From assembly GCA_963745235.1 (NCBI GenBank), contig CAVUXE010000017.1:1-20459 (forward strand): 20,459 bases of DNA, given 5' to 3'. The position numbers were made by a program, and so were the translations under genes. The notes beneath the pieces were generated by a model. It was not told the origin of the DNA, did no database searches, and saw only the letters and a list, made by a program, of their open reading frames with translations. This document shows positions 17,308 to 20,459 of this stretch, piece after piece; positions within the stretch are counted from its first letter, which is position 1, and every line of letters starts with the position of its first letter. The DNA comes from an uncultured Spirochaetota bacterium (lineage in GTDB: Bacteria; Spirochaetota; Spirochaetia; SZUA-6; Fen-1364).

Positions 17308-17498
17308 CCCTTCCCTCCAACCCTCCCGCCCTCTTATGCATGCTGCTGTGCTTGTTGCTTTTCGTTGTACCACTCTCCCGCAAACTCTCCCTCGTAGACC
17401 TCTTCCCCCTCAACACAACCCGTCCCCCTCCACTCCGCTATAGTCCTCTTCCCACACATACTCGGAAAACAAGTACAGCTGCTCACGCTTCATTTCAC

Positions 17499-18394
17499 TC
17501 ACTCCCTCACCCTCTTCCAGGGCAGGCCAGCTATTGCCGCCTCGAGCCGTGCCGCACTCTGCGGATCACTCTGTTCGGCCAGGACCTTCTCCCGTTCGGC
17601 TTTCCGCTCCCGTTCTCCCTCTTCCCTCTCGCGTCTTTGATGCTCTTGCTCGCGATCTCGCGATACTCGGTCTCGGGATGCTTTACGCCACTTCAGAAAG
17701 TCCCGCGGAAAGAAGGTCACCCTCTCGGGCGCCGTTTCGACACATGTAGCGAAAGCCTGAATAAGCTCTTCCTCGGGGATGCCGCTACGGGTAAGCTCTG
17801 CGATGCCCTCCGACCAGTCCCTCCCGACCACCAGGGGAGCTTTTCGAGCTTGGGCCTCTTGTTTTATACGCGTAAGCAAAACAGAGAGAGAGGGAACGGA
17901 CTTCGGTACGGGTGTACGTCTTGGGAGGGATAGCCTTGCCGCGGGCCGGTGCACGCGCTCCCCTCTCTTTTGGTTTTCTGGATCTAGTTCAGATTGAATA
18001 TAGTTCGTGTGATCATGGCTCACAGGGGGCTGTGATTCACGATCACAGGGGGTGTCCTCCTGGGCGACAGGGGGGTACTTATGGGCTTCAGGGGCATGAG
18101 CTGGTAGACGTTGGAAGTCACACCGCCGTCGGGGCGAAATCGGGCGCTACGCTTGAGATAGCCCCGGGACTCCAGGCGAGTGAGGCTGCGCGCTACGGTC
18201 TCTCTGGCGCATCGGGCGAGCTTGCCTATCGTGGCCATGGAGGGCCAGCAGGTGCCCTCCCCGTCTGCGTGCTTGGCTATGGCCAAGTACACCAGGATAT
18301 CGACACGGCTGAGAGTCTGGTCCTCGAGGATGATGTTTTCGATGAGCGTAAAGGGTAGACGTCGACGCTCTACTCCGACGGAATCACTTTGCAT
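17499..18394 (-). CDS. Replication initiator with an N-terminal HTH_36-like winged helix (about 298 aa); frameshift near 18089-18094
   Basis: RBS GGAGG before ATG 18394. FTLIEN.IL.D..LS....VYLAI..HAD..G.CWPS..TI.......ETV.RSL..LE..GYL....R.......SNVYQL. Adding one base joins it to KYPPVAQEDTPCDRESQPPVSHDHTNY and ORF 17499-18023. Confidence 0.78.
18008..18075. repeat. Three intragenic iteron-like repeats (candidate replication origin)
   Basis: TGTGAtcatggcTCACAGGGGG (18008), TGTGAttcacgaTCACAGGGGG (18031), TGTCctcctgggcGACAGGGGG (18053). Period 23 and 22 bp. Confidence 0.7.
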
Positions 18395-18448
18395 GGTCCC
18401 CTCCAGAGGCATGGCGCTCGGGACATACTTCAAGCGCTGATTTTTTGC

Positions 18449-18477
18449 TTGACGTTCCGGAGGGTTTGTGCTACTGT
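18449..18477 (+). promoter_or_regulatory. sigma70 promoter antisense to the rep leader
   Basis: TTGACG-17 nt-TACTGT with a TGn extension. Confidence 0.65.
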
Positions 18478-18483
18478 CGGATT

Positions 18484-18556
18484 TACCAGAAGCGACAGTA
18501 GCATTGCCCACCAGGGCGCAAGCATAGCCCCCGAGAGACTCGGGGGTTTTGCGTTT
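18484..18556 (+). ncRNA. Putative antisense counter-transcript of about 70 nt controlling rep
   Basis: Bounded by the promoter at 18449-18477 and the terminator at 18528-18558, with no convincing ORF between them. Complementary to the predicted rep 5' leader. Confidence 0.55.
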
Positions 18557-18558
18557 TT
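18528..18558 (+). terminator. Rho-independent terminator
   Basis: CCCCCGAG-aga-CTCGGGGG followed by TTTTGCGTTTTT. Confidence 0.75.
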
Positions 18559-18635
18559 AGGCTGTTCGACGAACAGCGCGTGTTATTCGATTAAGGATTT
18601 TCCTATCGGCTTGACCCCTCCCAAGATCATCAAAC

Positions 18636-18664
18636 AGCATACAACGCCGGCGTGCATCTTGCAA
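18636..18664 (-). promoter_or_regulatory. Putative rep promoter
   Basis: Minus strand TTGCAA-17 nt-TATGCT, giving a leader of about 235 nt. Confidence 0.55.
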
Positions 18665-18700
18665 CACTTACCGCTTCGGCTTTGATTTGAGTAACCTCGG

Positions 18701-19606
18701 CTACTCCTCGGAGAAGTAGTCGGCGTCTACCTTCTTCACCTCGTAAGACTGGATTTTTGAAACACCCACGCCGTGATCGACCATCAGCCTCGAAAGCGTC
18801 TGCCCGTCGATCAGGACTATCTTGCTGTCGATTCTATCAACGAAATCAATCGCATCTTTAGAGAATCCAGACGTTGTGATGAATACGCCCTTCTTAGCTC
18901 GATTCCCGCCTAACGCACCGACAAACTTCTGAATTTCGGGGCGCCCAACAGTAGCGTCCCAACGCTTTGCTTGGATGTAGATCACGTCCAACCCGAGTCG
19001 ATCCTCTTTAATAATCCCATCGATTCCCCCATCTCCCACATGGCCTACTGCCTGCCCAGCGTCGTGAAGGTTCCCGCCGTACCCCATATTGACGAGAAGC
19101 TCGACGACGATGCGCTCGAAAAAAGCTGGCGATGCGACCTTGACTTGTTCAAGGACATCAGCTTCGAGGTCGGCGCGTAGTCTTTGATAGGCAGCATCAA
19201 ACGCTTCCTCTGGGGTCTCCGCTGACGCGGACGCTTCTTTTTTCTCCTCGCCCTGGTTGTGGTGAAGATCACGGAAAGCGACGAACTCAGGAAACTGCTC
19301 AAGGAAGTGGATATCGATACGCTCAGGCCTGGAGGAAAGAACGGCCTTGCCTTTCTCGGACAGTCGGAAGAAACCTCTTCGGACCGAGTCAATTAGACCA
19401 GCCTTCGCCATGTAGGTCCGCGCCCAACCTGCTCGGTTCCTGATCACCGTCTGCTGGCCACTGGGGAGCATTGTTTGGCGCTCATTAGGGGTGAGCCCAA
19501 ACTCCTCCGACAAGGCGGCTATCGCTTCTTCAAGCTTGTGCTCTTTCTCGTCAGAGAGGAATCGAAGGAGCGGGAGCATCAACGTTTGGTAATCTGGTAT
19601 TGGCAT
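18701..19606 (-). CDS. mrr: Mrr type IV (modification-dependent) restriction endonuclease
   Basis: Mrr_N MPIPDYQTLMLPLL...LPSG......NR.GWARTY..KAGL. Mrr_cat FFE..V..LL..MGYG, DGGIDG, IYIQAKRW, GVFITTS.FS, LIDG. Confidence 0.96.
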   Translation of the reverse strand: MPIPDYQTLMLPLLRFLSDEKEHKLEEAIAALSEEFGLTPNERQTMLPSGQQTVIRNRAGWARTYMAKAGLIDSVRRGFFRLSEKGKAVLSSRPERIDIHFLEQFPEFVAFRDLHHNQGEEKKEASASAETPEEAFDAAYQRLRADLEADVLEQVKVASPAFFERIVVELLVNMGYGGNLHDAGQAVGHVGDGGIDGIIKEDRLGLDVIYIQAKRWDATVGRPEIQKFVGALGGNRAKKGVFITTSGFSKDAIDFVDRIDSKIVLIDGQTLSRLMVDHGVGVSKIQSYEVKKVDADYFSEE

Positions 19607-19767
19607 GGGTCAAGATTAGCACAAGCTAACCGTTACGAGCATGCTTCCAGCCACAGAGCCAAGGATAGCCTCCTCTTGAATATATATCGTTTCAGTATTA
19701 TTGTACAAGTTAAACGATGGTTATTAACAATAGGAACACTATAGGATCGATAGAGGAGGGATAGAAC

Positions 19768-20459
19768 TTGAAAACCATAGCCGTATGGGTAGCGAAAGGC
19801 GGGACGGGCAAGAGCTCGACGACAGGAAACCTGGTTTACGAGCTTCGGAAGCGGGGGCGCGTCCTGGCTATTGATGCCGATCCGCAGGGCAACCTTTCAT
19901 CATGGATACACCCGAAACAATTCGAGCATGGAGCTAGCCGATGTACTCACAGGAGCCGTGCAGCTGGCAGACGCTATCCTATCCGTGAGGGAAGGGCTCG
20001 ACCTACTTCCAACATTCGCCATTGGGGGTGGCTTGAAGGAATGGGCGGAGACAAAGCTATACGGGAAGCCACAGGCCTTCACGCGCCTCATTCGAGACAT
20101 ATCCGGCCTTGGATACGAGTACACCGTTTTTGATATGAGTCCAGGGGCATCGCTCCTGGAGCGCTCCATTGTTGCAGCAGTTGACGAAGCTCTACCGATT
20201 CTTCGGCCTGAAATTTTTTCCGTTGACGGACTAGAAGTGTTTGTCGAAACCCTTAACGAAATTCGGAATGATTTGGGTGGGCGCGTTGCTTCGTCTCGCC
20301 TTGTTGTCAACGGCCTGAATCGTTCGATCCCGGTTCATCTGTCCTACGCCGATTCTCTCGCAGGAAAGGGGCGGGAAGTTTTCATCATCCCGCAATCAGC
20401 AAGAATAACCAACGCGCAAACGGATCATGTTTTCCTCGCCGAATATGCTCCCGCCGATA
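19768..20459 (+). CDS. parA: ParA/Soj partition ATPase, 5' part; +1 frameshift at GG 19930-19931; continues to base 263
   Basis: Deviant Walker A KGGTGKSS and IDADPQGNLS. After removing one G the frame reads ELADVLTG...LDLLP...YEYTVFDMSPG. RBS GAGGAGG, TTG start. Confidence 0.9.
20240..20459. repeat. Terminal direct repeat, copy 2
   Basis: Matches 1-219. This copy keeps the parA frame intact. Confidence 0.97.

Noticed and set aside
18008-18047. TGTGA...TCACA as CRP sites
   Set aside because: The spacer is 7 bp rather than 6, and the units are intragenic and tandem with G tracts. Iterons fit better.
6784-19931. Frameshifts in the DUF1254 gene (6784-6787), recombinase (14421-14423), rep (about 18090) and parA (19930) as programmed frameshifts or pseudogenes
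   Set aside because: All are single-base indels in or beside short homopolymers, some in genes expected to be essential, and the two terminal-repeat copies differ by the same type of indel. Long-read error is the simplest explanation.

Overview
The window appears to be a complete circular plasmid of about 20.24 kb: bases 1-219 repeat at 20240-20459, and parA reads across that junction. Several single-base homopolymer indels suggest an unpolished long-read assembly. The backbone (13.6 kb through the junction to 517) carries a tyrosine recombinase with a dif-like site directly upstream, a MOBQ (MobA/MobL) relaxase with a candidate oriT and a divergent accessory gene, an HTH-type Rep with intragenic iterons and a probable antisense copy-control RNA, an Mrr type IV restriction nuclease, and a parA plus RHH partition operon. 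The cargo (0.5-11.8 kb) holds three type II toxin-antitoxin pairs, a conserved hypothetical gene, a secreted ankyrin protein, an alpha/beta hydrolase, a DUF1254/DUF1214 protein and a sugar ABC transporter without an ATPase. A single-ORF IS66 element follows. The most interesting signal is a set of 28-29 bp dif-like sites (ATAA-N6/7-HYCGGTCTACT) in direct orientation between consecutive cargo genes, which resemble the site beside the recombinase and suggest a cassette array. The host is possibly a spirochaete (weak inference). All family assignments are from motif recognition, with no database search.
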